Origin: a virus
Lineage: Duplodnaviria > Caudoviricetes
Length of the DNA: 64,000 nt
IMG/VR virus record: IMGVR_UViG_3300048880_000725
Location: 57,519-121,518 of that record
Direction: 5' to 3' (one strand)
In this document: piece by piece, positions 1 through 9,916 of the stretch
Layout of the letters: the number at the start of each line of letters is the position of its first letter
Numbering within the stretch: the first letter of the stretch is position 1
Notes under the pieces: generated by a model
Told to the model about the DNA's origin: nothing
Databases searched by the model: none
What the model saw: only the letters and a program-made list of their open reading frames with translations
Program-made: the position numbers and the translations under genes

Positions 1-1
1 A

Positions 2-1552
2 AACACTCCACAGGTTTATACGATTACATATGATGTCACAGATTCCGGTAATTGGGCCGCAGAAACAGTGGCTATAACAGTAACTGTTAACGCAAAGCCA
101 GTGATAACTGCAACCGATCAGACGATCAACCAGTATGAAACCTTTGTGCATCAAGTTACAGTTGCGGATGAAGATTCGGTCATTCCGGCAGTCTACACTA
201 TCAGTGATTCAGATGGCAACACGATGTTAGATTCTGTTGATACAACTGTTCCGCAGGTTTACACCATTGATTATGATGCCACAGACTCTAATGGTCTTGC
301 TGCAGATACGGTGACCATAACAGTTACTGTTGTTGCCGCTGATATACCTCCGGTTATTGTAGACTTTACGGTGCGTGGAGATACAACAGTAGGAGGCGAG
401 GTTTATATTGATGCAGCTGTACTTGATCAAGATGGAACGATTAAGAGCTATTCATGGTCGTTAGGAGGAACTCCGTATAGTTCTACTCCAGACTTTTGGT
501 CGAATGATTCGGCATCCGGTGACAATCAGGTAGAGTTTACTACGGTAGGCCTTGTCGGACAGGTTGCAGGCGATTATACTGTTACTTTGACTGTTACTGA
601 TAATGATGACCTGGTAACATCTGCGAGCACAACGGTTACTCTCGGCCCTCACTATGCTTCCGATATGGAGGGCACTGGCGAGTCTCAATTAGTTATTTTT
701 GAAAACACAATTACAACTTTAGTTGCTGGTGATGAGATAGCTATTTTTGATCTGAATGGTGTTAAAACAACCTGTACATACCCCTGCTCCAGCCCCGACC
801 TTGGTGAGACTTTAGTTGGAGCCGCCGTATGGACGGGAGGCCAGACCGAAGTTGTGGGCACTATATCCATTGATCTATCTGCTATCAACGGCCCAATCTT
901 AAATGGGGCCATCGCAGGTAATCCTGTCGTAGTCAAGGTTTGGAAGGCCTTTGAGGAGAGAGAATACATAGCATATGCTCACTGGAATACTGGTACGGGC
1001 GAGTTTGGAGAGGTTCTCCTTACGGTTAGCGAACTGAATTCTCCTCCTGCTTGGGAAGATAATCCCGGTGGTTATGCAAATACCGCAACCATAAGTGGGC
1101 TAGTTATCGGACCCGATGGCGACTATAGCTTCGCTGATCCAGGAGATTTATTTGCGGCGTTTGATAACTCTGGGAATGTGCGCGGGGTAGCTGTGCCACT
1201 CATTGCTCCGTTTGGTCCTTATATGGGCGAAACTATTTATGAGATGCAGTTGCGGGGCGATAGCTCAGGAGACCTCTTAAGCTTTAAGTATTATGATGCC
1301 TCAGAGGATACAATTATTGATATTAATGAGACTTATGTGTTTACAGTTAATGATATAGTCGGGGATATAACTTCTCCCGAGTTCTTTACTACCGGCACTC
1401 CATCGGAATCCAGTGGATCTAGCGGGCAGGGCTCATCGGGCAGTGGGTGGACCTTAGTGAATGGGCAGTGGGTAGATGCGGATGGAAATCCCCCTAGCAT
1501 TAATCTGCAGTACGGATATGATCCAAATGACCCAAATAATGTGAATAATTAA
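2..1552 (+). CDS. Ig-like (HYR/DUF5011/PKD-type) repeat protein, probably virion surface; 5'-truncated
   Basis: Frame is open to the window start (NTPQVYTITYDVTDS). Repeated YTIxYDxTDS and YTVTLTVTDND Ig/PKD strands. Confidence 0.7.
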   Translation, partial: NTPQVYTITYDVTDSGNWAAETVAITVTVNAKPVITATDQTINQYETFVHQVTVADEDSVIPAVYTISDSDGNTMLDSVDTTVPQVYTIDYDATDSNGLAADTVTITVTVVAADIPPVIVDFTVRGDTTVGGEVYIDAAVLDQDGTIKSYSWSLGGTPYSSTPDFWSNDSASGDNQVEFTTVGLVGQVAGDYTVTLTVTDNDDLVTSASTTVTLGPHYASDMEGTGESQLVIFENTITTLVAGDEIAIFDLNGVKTTCTYPCSSPDLGETLVGAAVWTGGQTEVVGTISIDLSAINGPILNGAIAGNPVVVKVWKAFEEREYIAYAHWNTGTGEFGEVLLTVSELNSPPAWEDNPGGYANTATISGLVIGPDGDYSFADPGDLFAAFDNSGNVRGVAVPLIAPFGPYMGETIYEMQLRGDSSGDLLSFKYYDASEDTIIDINETYVFTVNDIVGDITSPEFFTTGTPSESSGSSGQGSSGSGWTLVNGQWVDADGNPPSINLQYGYDPNDPNNVNN

Positions 1553-1673
1553 TAATGAGCTACTCAGCATGGTATGCGGTTCATCTTGTTAATAGTGTGA
1601 GAGTTTATGATCCCACGGGAGATTTTTTTCAAGAAACTGTTGCCGCCTTTCAAATTACTGATTAAAAGGAGTA

Positions 1674-2021
1674 TTGATGGACGCCTTTATTCTTTTAGGA
1701 TGTAATGGGCTTACTGATGCCGAAAGATTTGTGTATTGCAGTGCAATGGTAAACCCGATTGTTGATTTATCTAAAGTTCCCACGGAATCCGTGGAAAAAC
1801 TTGAGGTCTTTCTAGATAATGCTTGTGGATTATTTGATTCCGCTTGTTATGATTACAATAAGTGTATAAATATAGTTAATTTTTTATATAGGCAATTTAG
1901 TATTATAGATGAAGATATGCTTCATAAGATACAGAGCTTTTTAAGGATGCATAAAAGATGCGGTCTGTATATAATGTTGATGTTAAAGGAGGATTTCCAT
2001 GTCGGATGTAACGGTCCCTAA
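1674..2021 (+). CDS. Hypothetical protein
   Basis: AGGAG SD upstream; overlaps the next gene. Confidence 0.6.
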   Translation: MMDAFILLGCNGLTDAERFVYCSAMVNPIVDLSKVPTESVEKLEVFLDNACGLFDSACYDYNKCINIVNFLYRQFSIIDEDMLHKIQSFLRMHKRCGLYIMLMLKEDFHVGCNGP

Positions 2022-2358
2022 GAATAATCGCTATATGCAGTCTAAAAAAACAGATGCTCAAAATTCTGTTGAGAATGCTTTCAATGATTTTAAGAAACTT
2101 CTTGCAGATAAAACTCACCCAGATAATCAAACCCCAGCTTATCACAAGAATGTGATTTCTATTTTAAATAGGTTATTGGTGGCGGCAGATGAATTAGATG
2201 GGGTAAATCCGGGAGAGGGCATCTTCGGCCTAATAGTCTTGGCGCTAAGATCCTCTTTAAAGCAGAAGGACGAACACATTAGGCTAGAGGTTGAAATCAG
2301 AGAGCTCAAGAGAGAGGTTGGTAGGTTGAGAAAAAATCAGGGCAAGGGTAAGGTGTAG
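1999..2358 (+). CDS. Hypothetical protein with C-terminal coiled coil
   Basis: GGAGG SD; coupled to neighbours. Confidence 0.65.
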   Translation: MSDVTVPKNNRYMQSKKTDAQNSVENAFNDFKKLLADKTHPDNQTPAYHKNVISILNRLLVAADELDGVNPGEGIFGLIVLALRSSLKQKDEHIRLEVEIRELKREVGRLRKNQGKGKV

Positions 2359-2564
2359 TGTCTAAAGAGAACGTTACTCAGATGCTTTTGGATAAAATTT
2401 CTTGTGCATCTAAAAGAATTCGAGCCATTGAGGATGATTGCGATAAATTTTCTGTTGCACCAGAGGCAAATGGTGTATATACTGCTCTCGTAGGATACAG
2501 GAAGGGGCTGCAGGAGTCCCTCGAAGACCTAAGGAGCATGAATGATACAGCCTCAAACAATTGA
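2358..2564 (+). CDS. Small hypothetical protein
   Basis: Stop/start overlap (TAGTG) with the previous gene. Confidence 0.55.
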   Translation: MSKENVTQMLLDKISCASKRIRAIEDDCDKFSVAPEANGVYTALVGYRKGLQESLEDLRSMNDTASNN

Positions 2565-3636
2565 CATTTTTACGCCAAAAAAAGAGGAGAAGTTCTTCTC
2601 TCTGCTAAACGCATTCGGAGTAAAGGCGGAATATGTTAGACTTGAAAGCAAGAAGTTTTTTGATGTTTACGACATAAAGTTATCTCCAGGGGTAAGGTCA
2701 TCAAGGCTAGACCGAATGCTTGTTGATTTAGGAATGGCAATAGAAAGTCATGCACATCCTATTGGCTATCCTGTTTTGAAAGATGGGGTCTACAGAATAG
2801 AGGTGCAAAAAGCGGAGCTAGAGTCGCCTACTCTTCGGAGTGTTGTGCGATCATTTGACGCCTCTTCCTATTCACCTATTGCTTTGGGCTCTGATCATCA
2901 CGGAGAGCCCTTTTCCGTTGATCTAAATCGAATTCCAAACTTGCTAGTTGGAGGAACAACTGGTTCTGGCAAAAGCGTATTGCTACATAGCTTTATACTA
3001 TCACTGTTAAATAGTGATGCTTGTCTTTATTTGGTTGATCCCAAGACAGTAGAATTTAACACGTATTCAGACTTAGACTCTGTAAAATCACTGGTACATA
3101 CCGTAGAGGATGCGTCTCTTCTTATAGAAGAAGTAAGGGATCTTATGGAAACTCGATTTTGTTATCTTTCTAGAGCTAAAGTTAGAAGTGCTGCAGAATA
3201 TAATGAAAGAGTTTCTTCAGAAAAAAGAATGAGACCCGTGGTGATAGTTGTAGATGAGTGGGCTGATCTCGTCCTACAGGATAAGGATATTCAAAAGCCG
3301 CTTTGCTTGGTGGCGCAGAAAGGTAGGGCCGCTGGAATCTCTATAATTTTAGCAACGCAAAGACCATCCTGTAGGGTGATATCTGGCTTGATCAAAGCAA
3401 ATTTTCCTGGCAGGATAGCCCTGAAGGTTGCTTCTGCTGTAGATAGCAGAGTAATTTTGGACTCAAATGGCGCGGAGAAGATCTCAGATATAGGCACAGG
3501 CCTATATGTTGATGGAAGCATGCCGAAGCCAGCACTCTTCAGGGCCCCTTACATAGAGGACGTTTCCAGGGAGCTTCAGCTTATCAGCCCTCCCGAAAGG
3601 CCCAGAAAAACCTTTTGGCAGAAATTCTCTTTTTAA
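2542..3636 (+). CDS. FtsK/SpoIIIE-family ATPase (motor domain only)
   Basis: NLLVGGTTGSGKS Walker A, LVDPK, VVDEWADL Walker B, GRAAGI..ILATQRPS, ANFPGRIALKV. Confidence 0.92.
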   Translation: MIQPQTIDIFTPKKEEKFFSLLNAFGVKAEYVRLESKKFFDVYDIKLSPGVRSSRLDRMLVDLGMAIESHAHPIGYPVLKDGVYRIEVQKAELESPTLRSVVRSFDASSYSPIALGSDHHGEPFSVDLNRIPNLLVGGTTGSGKSVLLHSFILSLLNSDACLYLVDPKTVEFNTYSDLDSVKSLVHTVEDASLLIEEVRDLMETRFCYLSRAKVRSAAEYNERVSSEKRMRPVVIVVDEWADLVLQDKDIQKPLCLVAQKGRAAGISIILATQRPSCRVISGLIKANFPGRIALKVASAVDSRVILDSNGAEKISDIGTGLYVDGSMPKPALFRAPYIEDVSRELQLISPPERPRKTFWQKFSF

Positions 3637-3688
3637 TTAAATATTGCCAGGATGAGGGTGGTGGTTAAAGATTAGGCTATTGAAGTAG

Positions 3689-4222
3689 GTGAAGATGAAG
3701 AGATATTCCAAAGAAGAAATTTTAAACTCTGTATCCATATTGGATTTAGCAAAGAAATTCTCGATATCCTTGGAGCGAGTATGCAGCGGAAACTTTACTC
3801 ACAAATGTAAGTGTCCGTCCTCTGAGCACAAAAGCGGCTTGGAAAGAACGGGTTCGCTGTATATAGCTGGCGAAAATAATAACTTTTATTGCTTTGGGTG
3901 TGGTGCGTCAAATAATGCAATAGACTTTTATATCTTGCGCACTGGCTGTGATTTTTCTACAGCAATACTGGAGATGTCTGAGCTTGTAGACCCTGAAAAG
4001 GTATCAGCCGTTTCTGCGGTAAGAAAGAAGAACAATTTTACTATACTTTTAAGTATATCCGAGATGTTTAGAGAAGCTCAGAGGTCAAATCCAGATGATA
4101 TAAAATGGATAGAAGCAGTTATGCAGAAGACAGATGAGTATATAATTCAAATTGATAGATATGATATTAAAAAGTCAAAAGCTTTATTGGCCAAGGTTTT
4201 TAATATGTTAAGAAGGAGATAA
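3689..4222 (+). CDS. Stand-alone CHC2 (DnaG-type) zinc-finger protein
   Basis: CPSSEH...T.S......NNFYCFGCGASNNAIDF matches the DnaG zinc-binding domain; no TOPRIM domain follows. Confidence 0.8.
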   Translation: MKMKRYSKEEILNSVSILDLAKKFSISLERVCSGNFTHKCKCPSSEHKSGLERTGSLYIAGENNNFYCFGCGASNNAIDFYILRTGCDFSTAILEMSELVDPEKVSAVSAVRKKNNFTILLSISEMFREAQRSNPDDIKWIEAVMQKTDEYIIQIDRYDIKKSKALLAKVFNMLRRR

Positions 4223-4224
4223 TC

Positions 4225-5394
4225 ATGAGAACGATTATATGTGGAGATACGCATATAGGCGCAGTATTTGGCCTTGGAAGACCTAATGGTCACGGAGGAA
4301 ATACTCGCGTTGATGATTATGAGTCTACTCTCAATTCAATTATAGATTATACGATTGAAAGTAAAGCTGATATATTTATACAAACAGGGGATTTGTTTGA
4401 GCATCGCGAGCCATCTCCTCAACATATGAAGATAGTTGATAAGGCATTGAAGAGGCTTTCTAATGCAAACATAGCTACGTTTGTGCTTATGGGTAATCAT
4501 GACTATAAGCGTAGCGGGGAAGAATTTACAAGCTCCATTACTTCATTGGCGGCGGCTGAATACCTTAATGTAAGAATGCTATTAGAGCCAGAAGTAGTAG
4601 AGGTTTGCAATGCAAAGAACGAAAAGGTAAATTTGTTGCTCTTTCCATACAGAGACCGAAGGATGTACGCTGGTTCAAGCATAAGAGAGCGGACTGCAAA
4701 TTATAATAAACACATAGAAGAGTTAGTCTCAGGAATAGAAAACGACAACCCTATCGTAGCGGTTGGCCACAACTTCTTTTTTGAAGGAAGTTATAATGAT
4801 TACGGTGGGTCAGAGGTAATGGCTACTCCTGGGGCATTTAACGGGTGTGATATAGCCGTGATGGGCCACCTTCATCAGTTTAGAGTCTTGCAGAAGAGAG
4901 CGCCTGTTTGTATATATTCAGGCTCTATGGAAAGAAGCAACTTCGGGGATGAGAAGGTAGATAAATATTTTATAGATTACAGCATCTTCGACAAGAAGTT
5001 AAAGTTTTGCAAATCAAAGGTGAGAGGGCTTCTGGACAAAACAGTGGACCTATCTGGCTCCGACTTCTCTAATATAGCAGATCGTTTAAAGCAGTCTCTT
5101 GAGGAGGAGGAGTTAAGCGAAAAGATTGTAAGGCTAAAGCTGACGGTTGATGAAAAGGTTTTGCCTGCTTTAGACAAGCAACATATCCAGACAGAGCTTT
5201 ATAGGCTTGGTGCTTTTCATGTATCTAAGATTATTATAGAGGCTACATCAAAAAGGATCGTCAGAGACAATACCATCTTGGACCACAAAGATGATTTCTC
5301 CATGCTTAAAGCATTTCTTGAATCACAGGAAATAGATGGAAAATATAGGACTGAGCTTTTAAAGGAAGCTAAGATTATAATGGGAGACGCATGA
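4225..5394 (+). CDS. sbcD: SbcD/Mre11 (gp47-like) metallophosphoesterase nuclease
   Basis: GDTHIG, TGDLFE, MGNHD, MGHLH, YSGS motifs; adjacent to SbcC. Confidence 0.92.
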   Translation: MRTIICGDTHIGAVFGLGRPNGHGGNTRVDDYESTLNSIIDYTIESKADIFIQTGDLFEHREPSPQHMKIVDKALKRLSNANIATFVLMGNHDYKRSGEEFTSSITSLAAAEYLNVRMLLEPEVVEVCNAKNEKVNLLLFPYRDRRMYAGSSIRERTANYNKHIEELVSGIENDNPIVAVGHNFFFEGSYNDYGGSEVMATPGAFNGCDIAVMGHLHQFRVLQKRAPVCIYSGSMERSNFGDEKVDKYFIDYSIFDKKLKFCKSKVRGLLDKTVDLSGSDFSNIADRLKQSLEEEELSEKIVRLKLTVDEKVLPALDKQHIQTELYRLGAFHVSKIIIEATSKRIVRDNTILDHKDDFSMLKAFLESQEIDGKYRTELLKEAKIIMGDA

Positions 5395-7496
5395 TTCCTT
5401 CAAGACTTAAAATGAAAAACTTCTTTTCTCACAAAGATAGTGAGATTGATTTCTCTATGTTTAATTCAGCTTTGCTCATAGGAAATACAGAGGGGGACTA
5501 CAGCAAGTCCAATGGCTCTGGAAAGAGCGCCGTATTTGAGGCAATATTATGGTGTCTGTTCAATAAGTCACGAGCGGCAATGATGGACGACATAATCAGA
5601 TGGGGCGAAAAGACTTGCTCTGTAGAGCTTGAGTTTTCTCATAATGATGTCAAGTACTTAGTAACGAGAGTTAGAAATAGGATAAATTCTACCTCTTCTG
5701 TAGAATTCTTCCTCCTAGGTAAGGATGGAGAATGGCAGAATATTTCGTGTTCAACATCTGGCGATACAAATTTAAAAATAGAGGAGCTTATAAAGTTAGA
5801 ATATAAAACTTTTATAAACTCTGTTTATTTTAGGCAAAATGATATATCAGAGTTTGCAGAATCTGATCCCTCTAAGAAGAAGGAAATATTGAAATCTATT
5901 GTGGATATATCCAGATGGGACGATTATGAGAAGGGGGCCAGGAAAAAGGTACGAGATATTAATTCGGAGTGTAAGGTTTTAAGGGGAGCAGTATCTGACT
6001 ACGATGATGTAGTAGAGAGGCTGTCAGAGACAGCTTTGCAGATAAATGAGGCAGAAAAGAACACTGTGTCCTTAAGGGGCAGGTATCAATCTGTTACAGA
6101 TGAAGTTGCATCTTTAGACAGCAAGTATATTGTTCTGAAAAAATCTTTAGATACAGATACCTATGACAGAGTTATAGAAGATTTAAAGAAGTTAAATTTA
6201 GAAAAAGAATCTTTAGAGGAAAAGATAATAATTATTAAGCAAGCGGCAAAGACTTATGGGGAGGACAAAGCCTCTTTGGAAGAGGATATAGGCAGTCTTA
6301 ATACAGAGTTATCAAGCCGCTCCATGCTTCCTCTTGAGGATGGCAAGATAGAGTCATTGAGAACTCAGCTTATTCACTTTAAGGCAAAGAAAACTTCTTC
6401 GCAAGAAGTTCTTAAGGCATTGGATGAAAGAGAGATTTTAGTTGGAGAGTGCTATACTTGTGAGCAGCCTATTAGTGACGAGGTACACTCTAAGCTAAAG
6501 TGCGATCATGATAACAAAAAAGAGCATTATGCTGAGCAATTCTCAGAGGCTAATGACAAAATACTCTCTCTGGAAGAGCAATTAGAAAGCTCTCTTTCGG
6601 CGGAAAGAGAGAACAAAGATGTTACAAGGATTACCTCGAAGTTAGATTCTGTGCAATATAAGATGAATCTTGTCCATGATTCTTTAAAGCGAGAGGTTGA
6701 TGCTCTAAGCTTGTCTGATGACAAACTATCTCAAGTTTTATTTAAGATAAAAAATAATATGGATATACTGGAGTCTATTAAGAATGATGACTTTCAGAGC
6801 TTGAGGTCAAAATTAAAGAAGCTGAAGAAAGACAGAGATGAGATAAAGGCTCTTATATCAGGCCAGGATAAAGAGGCGGGAAGACTGGCTGAGAGGCATT
6901 CGGTTTTATCTCAGCGCGAAAGTAAGATGCAAAAAGATAAGAAGAAGATCTTAAAGAAGCTGAAGAGGGCTTCCCTATTTGAGAAGCTTGGGAAAATGTT
7001 TGGAAAGGGTGGCATTCAAACCATATTATTAGACTTTGTCATAGAAGATCTTGAGGAAACGGCGAACGGAATTTTGTCATCTATATGTAATGAGCCATCA
7101 GTTATAGTTTTAGACACTCAGAGGCCGGGGGCTGATGGGGTCTCTATCATTGAGACTTTGGACCTAAAGGTTAGAAAAGATGGGCATTTGCAAAACTTTA
7201 AGTCATTAAGCGGAGGAGAGAAGTTTAGAATCTCTCTGGCCCTAAGAGTTGCATTGTCTGACATTTCAAGCCGTTATGGAGGATCTTCTCTAGAGTTCCT
7301 GCTTTTAGATGAAGTGAACTCTCCTCTAGACAGATATGGCGTAGAGACACTTTTTGTTAGCGTTATAAAGTCACTAGAAGATAGGTATAAGATTTTAGTA
7401 ATTACTCATGATGAATCACTTAAAGAGAAGTTTGATAATGTTATTGACGTTACTAAGGTAAATGGGGAAAGCGAGCTTGAGTTTTTAAAAAGATAG
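5391..7496 (+). CDS. sbcC: SbcC/Rad50 (gp46-like) SMC ATPase
   Basis: NGSGKS Walker A, coiled coil with CYTC zinc hook, LSGGE signature, LLLDE Walker B. Confidence 0.92.
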   Translation: MIPSRLKMKNFFSHKDSEIDFSMFNSALLIGNTEGDYSKSNGSGKSAVFEAILWCLFNKSRAAMMDDIIRWGEKTCSVELEFSHNDVKYLVTRVRNRINSTSSVEFFLLGKDGEWQNISCSTSGDTNLKIEELIKLEYKTFINSVYFRQNDISEFAESDPSKKKEILKSIVDISRWDDYEKGARKKVRDINSECKVLRGAVSDYDDVVERLSETALQINEAEKNTVSLRGRYQSVTDEVASLDSKYIVLKKSLDTDTYDRVIEDLKKLNLEKESLEEKIIIIKQAAKTYGEDKASLEEDIGSLNTELSSRSMLPLEDGKIESLRTQLIHFKAKKTSSQEVLKALDEREILVGECYTCEQPISDEVHSKLKCDHDNKKEHYAEQFSEANDKILSLEEQLESSLSAERENKDVTRITSKLDSVQYKMNLVHDSLKREVDALSLSDDKLSQVLFKIKNNMDILESIKNDDFQSLRSKLKKLKKDRDEIKALISGQDKEAGRLAERHSVLSQRESKMQKDKKKILKKLKRASLFEKLGKMFGKGGIQTILLDFVIEDLEETANGILSSICNEPSVIVLDTQRPGADGVSIIETLDLKVRKDGHLQNFKSLSGGEKFRISLALRVALSDISSRYGGSSLEFLLLDEVNSPLDRYGVETLFVSVIKSLEDRYKILVITHDESLKEKFDNVIDVTKVNGESELEFLKR

Positions 7497-7498
7497 TA

Positions 7499-7505
7499 TA
7501 TTAAT
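7499..7505 (+). promoter_or_regulatory. TAYTAAT putative late promoter element
   Basis: TATTAAT starting 32 nt before the ATG at 7531; recurring motif. Confidence 0.45.
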
Positions 7506-7530
7506 TTTAATATATAGGTAGGGAGAACTG

Positions 7531-8406
7531 ATGATTAGCTTAACCATAATAGAGGGAGAAGAGGAGCTTTTGGATGGCTTTCCTGAATTTATATCTTTTG
7601 AGGCAGATGTGCCTTCGACTGTTTATTACACTTTAGATGGATCTGATCCAACAGAAGATTCCCTGATAGCCATAGGGAAAGTTTTCTTGCCAACATTGTC
7701 TGGAACGCTGGAGGTAAAGGCTGTGGCTATTTCTGGGGATGACTCTTCTGACATAGTAGCCTCTCGGTATGAGAATAATTCTCTAGACTTAGGTGGTCCA
7801 CGGATACTCGGAGATGAAGGTATTGTCGTTATGAGGTATGGGGACCAAGCTGTCGACAGCTTGGGATACACATCTGATGGAGAGGAGGCTCAGCAAACTT
7901 CTATAGAGGTAGGCGAACTTGATATTAAGAGCTCTAAGACTGATTCGGGCGGCACTGCGCTCTCAGGGGGCAAGACCTCTAGAGAATTTATAAATTTTTC
8001 ATTAAAAAAGCAAGCAATTAAACCCGCTGCTATATCTACGCCAAATAATAATCCAAATTTCGACCCGTCTGCAAAGTTTATTATCATAGACGGCTCGACA
8101 GACGAGGCAAGGAATAATCAAGTTGTCAAGATTGTTAACCGGCCCTATAATACGTTTGGAACAACTACAAATTTTTATAAAGAGAGGTTGGGCGAGAAAG
8201 AGCCGATAATAACAGGCAACTTTGTGAGAAGTTTTTATAATCCAAAAACAAACAAATATGTTTCATATTATTGGGAGAGCCTTGAATCTAGATGGATAAG
8301 GTCAGAGCAAACTATAGAGAAGAAAACCTTGAGCATTGGTTCTGGGGCCGAAGGACGTTTCGTCTATAGGTGGATTCAGGATAGAGCCTTAAGTCAGTTG
8401 TTTTAA
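7531..8406 (+). CDS. Protein with N-terminal chitobiase/FN3-associated Ig-like domain, probably structural
   Basis: STVYYTLDGSDPT...LEVKAVA signature. Confidence 0.6.
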   Translation: MISLTIIEGEEELLDGFPEFISFEADVPSTVYYTLDGSDPTEDSLIAIGKVFLPTLSGTLEVKAVAISGDDSSDIVASRYENNSLDLGGPRILGDEGIVVMRYGDQAVDSLGYTSDGEEAQQTSIEVGELDIKSSKTDSGGTALSGGKTSREFINFSLKKQAIKPAAISTPNNNPNFDPSAKFIIIDGSTDEARNNQVVKIVNRPYNTFGTTTNFYKERLGEKEPIITGNFVRSFYNPKTNKYVSYYWESLESRWIRSEQTIEKKTLSIGSGAEGRFVYRWIQDRALSQLF

Positions 8407-8420
8407 AATGGAGAAAAGTT

Positions 8421-9185
8421 TTGTTAAAGTTATCAGTGTCGTCAATGGATACATATACAAAGTGTCCGAAAAAATATCATTACAGGTACATAGAAAAGCC
8501 GGACGTAGAAGAGTCTAAGTGGAACTTCACAGAGTTCGGCTCTTGTGCTCATAGGGTTTTGGAACTCTTCCACCTGGAAGTCTTAAAGAGAGATGTAAAG
8601 AAGGCGGAGTACCCTTCTTTAATGAAGAGGTGCTTTCGGGATGGTATCAAAGAATTTGATATAAATATTTTAGAGGATTCAGTTTGGACTCCAGACGGAG
8701 ATAAACCTGGAATAATCTATATGAGAGAGATAATCCAAGATTATTTAAATGATATCAAGAAAAATGGAATGCCAGATGTCATTGGTGTTGAAATGCCTTT
8801 CTCATTCAAAATAGATGATGACTCTATTGTTCGGGGCTACATAGATAGAGTTGACAGAGTTGGTCCAGGTGAATATCGTGTAGTTGATTACAAAACTAGT
8901 AAGAACGAAAAATATTTATCTGAGTTTCAACTCTTGGTATATGCTGAGGCTCTAAGGAGAAAATACGGAGATGTGAAGGTTGTACACGGGTCTTTTCTTC
9001 TGCTTAAGCATAAATGCAAAACTAAGGATTTTACATTTAGAATTTCAGACTTAGATAAGTGTAATAAACTCTTGTTAAAAAAGGCATCGTATATAGATAC
9101 TGATAATACATGGGTTAAGAAGCCAACGTTTTTATGTCAATGGTGCGATTACAGGGCAATCTGCCAAGAAGCCTGGGCGGAATAA
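8421..9185 (+). CDS. PD-(D/E)xK nuclease, Cas4/AddB-like
   Basis: CPKKY, GYIDRVD, VVDYKT, QLLVY and C-terminal CxxCx5C, giving the 4-Cys Fe-S pattern. Confidence 0.85.
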   Translation: MLKLSVSSMDTYTKCPKKYHYRYIEKPDVEESKWNFTEFGSCAHRVLELFHLEVLKRDVKKAEYPSLMKRCFRDGIKEFDINILEDSVWTPDGDKPGIIYMREIIQDYLNDIKKNGMPDVIGVEMPFSFKIDDDSIVRGYIDRVDRVGPGEYRVVDYKTSKNEKYLSEFQLLVYAEALRRKYGDVKVVHGSFLLLKHKCKTKDFTFRISDLDKCNKLLLKKASYIDTDNTWVKKPTFLCQWCDYRAICQEAWAE

Positions 9186-9199
9186 GATTAGGGGATCAC

Positions 9200-9916
9200 A
9201 TGAAGAGCGCTTATAGTGGATATGTAGAAATGTATGATGAGAAGGTCTATATTGATATGACGACGAAGCAGGGCTATGCCAGGGTGCTGGAGAGGATAGA
9301 TCCGCTATTGTGCAAGTGGTCATCAAGAACATACCTGCCGGGATATACTTATGAGGATATAAAGCAAGAGCTTTCTATTATAATCGTTGAGGGGATAAAT
9401 GCTTATGATCATGAAAAAAAGGTTAAGCTAAGCACCTTTCTTCATACACATCTTAGAAATAAGTTGATATCTAAGATCAAAAGTGTGAATAAGTTATCTA
9501 ATGATGCGTGCTCCCTAAGGGAGGCCTCTTTGTCTGAAGGCGAGGATGAGGCACCTAAATATAGAAAATCAAGAGAAGAGCTGAGCTTCAGTGCCATGGC
9601 CAAGGTAAACCCAAACAGCGGGGAGGAGTATTGTGAATTCCAAAATACTTTGTCTAATTCTGACTCTCTATACTCTGAAGATGGAACAGTTTTTGAAAGA
9701 ATAGATCTAGAGCTGGCTATAGAGAAAATAGCTACCTTAGTAGATGAGAAAACTTATATCATCTTAAGAAGAGTGTGCTTAGATGGATACTCTATAAAAG
9801 ATGCTGCGAGTGAGGTCGGGCTAACGGGGTGGGCTGCGAGTATGAGGCTTAAGAAACTTTCTAGGCACAAGCTTATAACTGACATGCTCGGAGACTTGAT
9901 AGCAAAAGATGAATGA
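9200..9916 (+). CDS. Phage sigma-70-like factor
   Basis: Region 2-like EDIKQE...AYDHEKKVKLSTFLHTHLRNKL and region 4 HTH DGYSIKDAASEVGLT; start moved to ATG 9200 after GGGGA. Confidence 0.75.
   Translation: MKSAYSGYVEMYDEKVYIDMTTKQGYARVLERIDPLLCKWSSRTYLPGYTYEDIKQELSIIIVEGINAYDHEKKVKLSTFLHTHLRNKLISKIKSVNKLSNDACSLREASLSEGEDEAPKYRKSREELSFSAMAKVNPNSGEEYCEFQNTLSNSDSLYSEDGTVFERIDLELAIEKIATLVDEKTYIILRRVCLDGYSIKDAASEVGLTGWAASMRLKKLSRHKLITDMLGDLIAKDE

Noticed and set aside
8421-9185. Cas4-like gene as evidence of a CRISPR-Cas system
   Set aside because: No cas1/cas2 and no repeat-spacer array seen; solo Cas4-like nucleases are common in phage recombination modules
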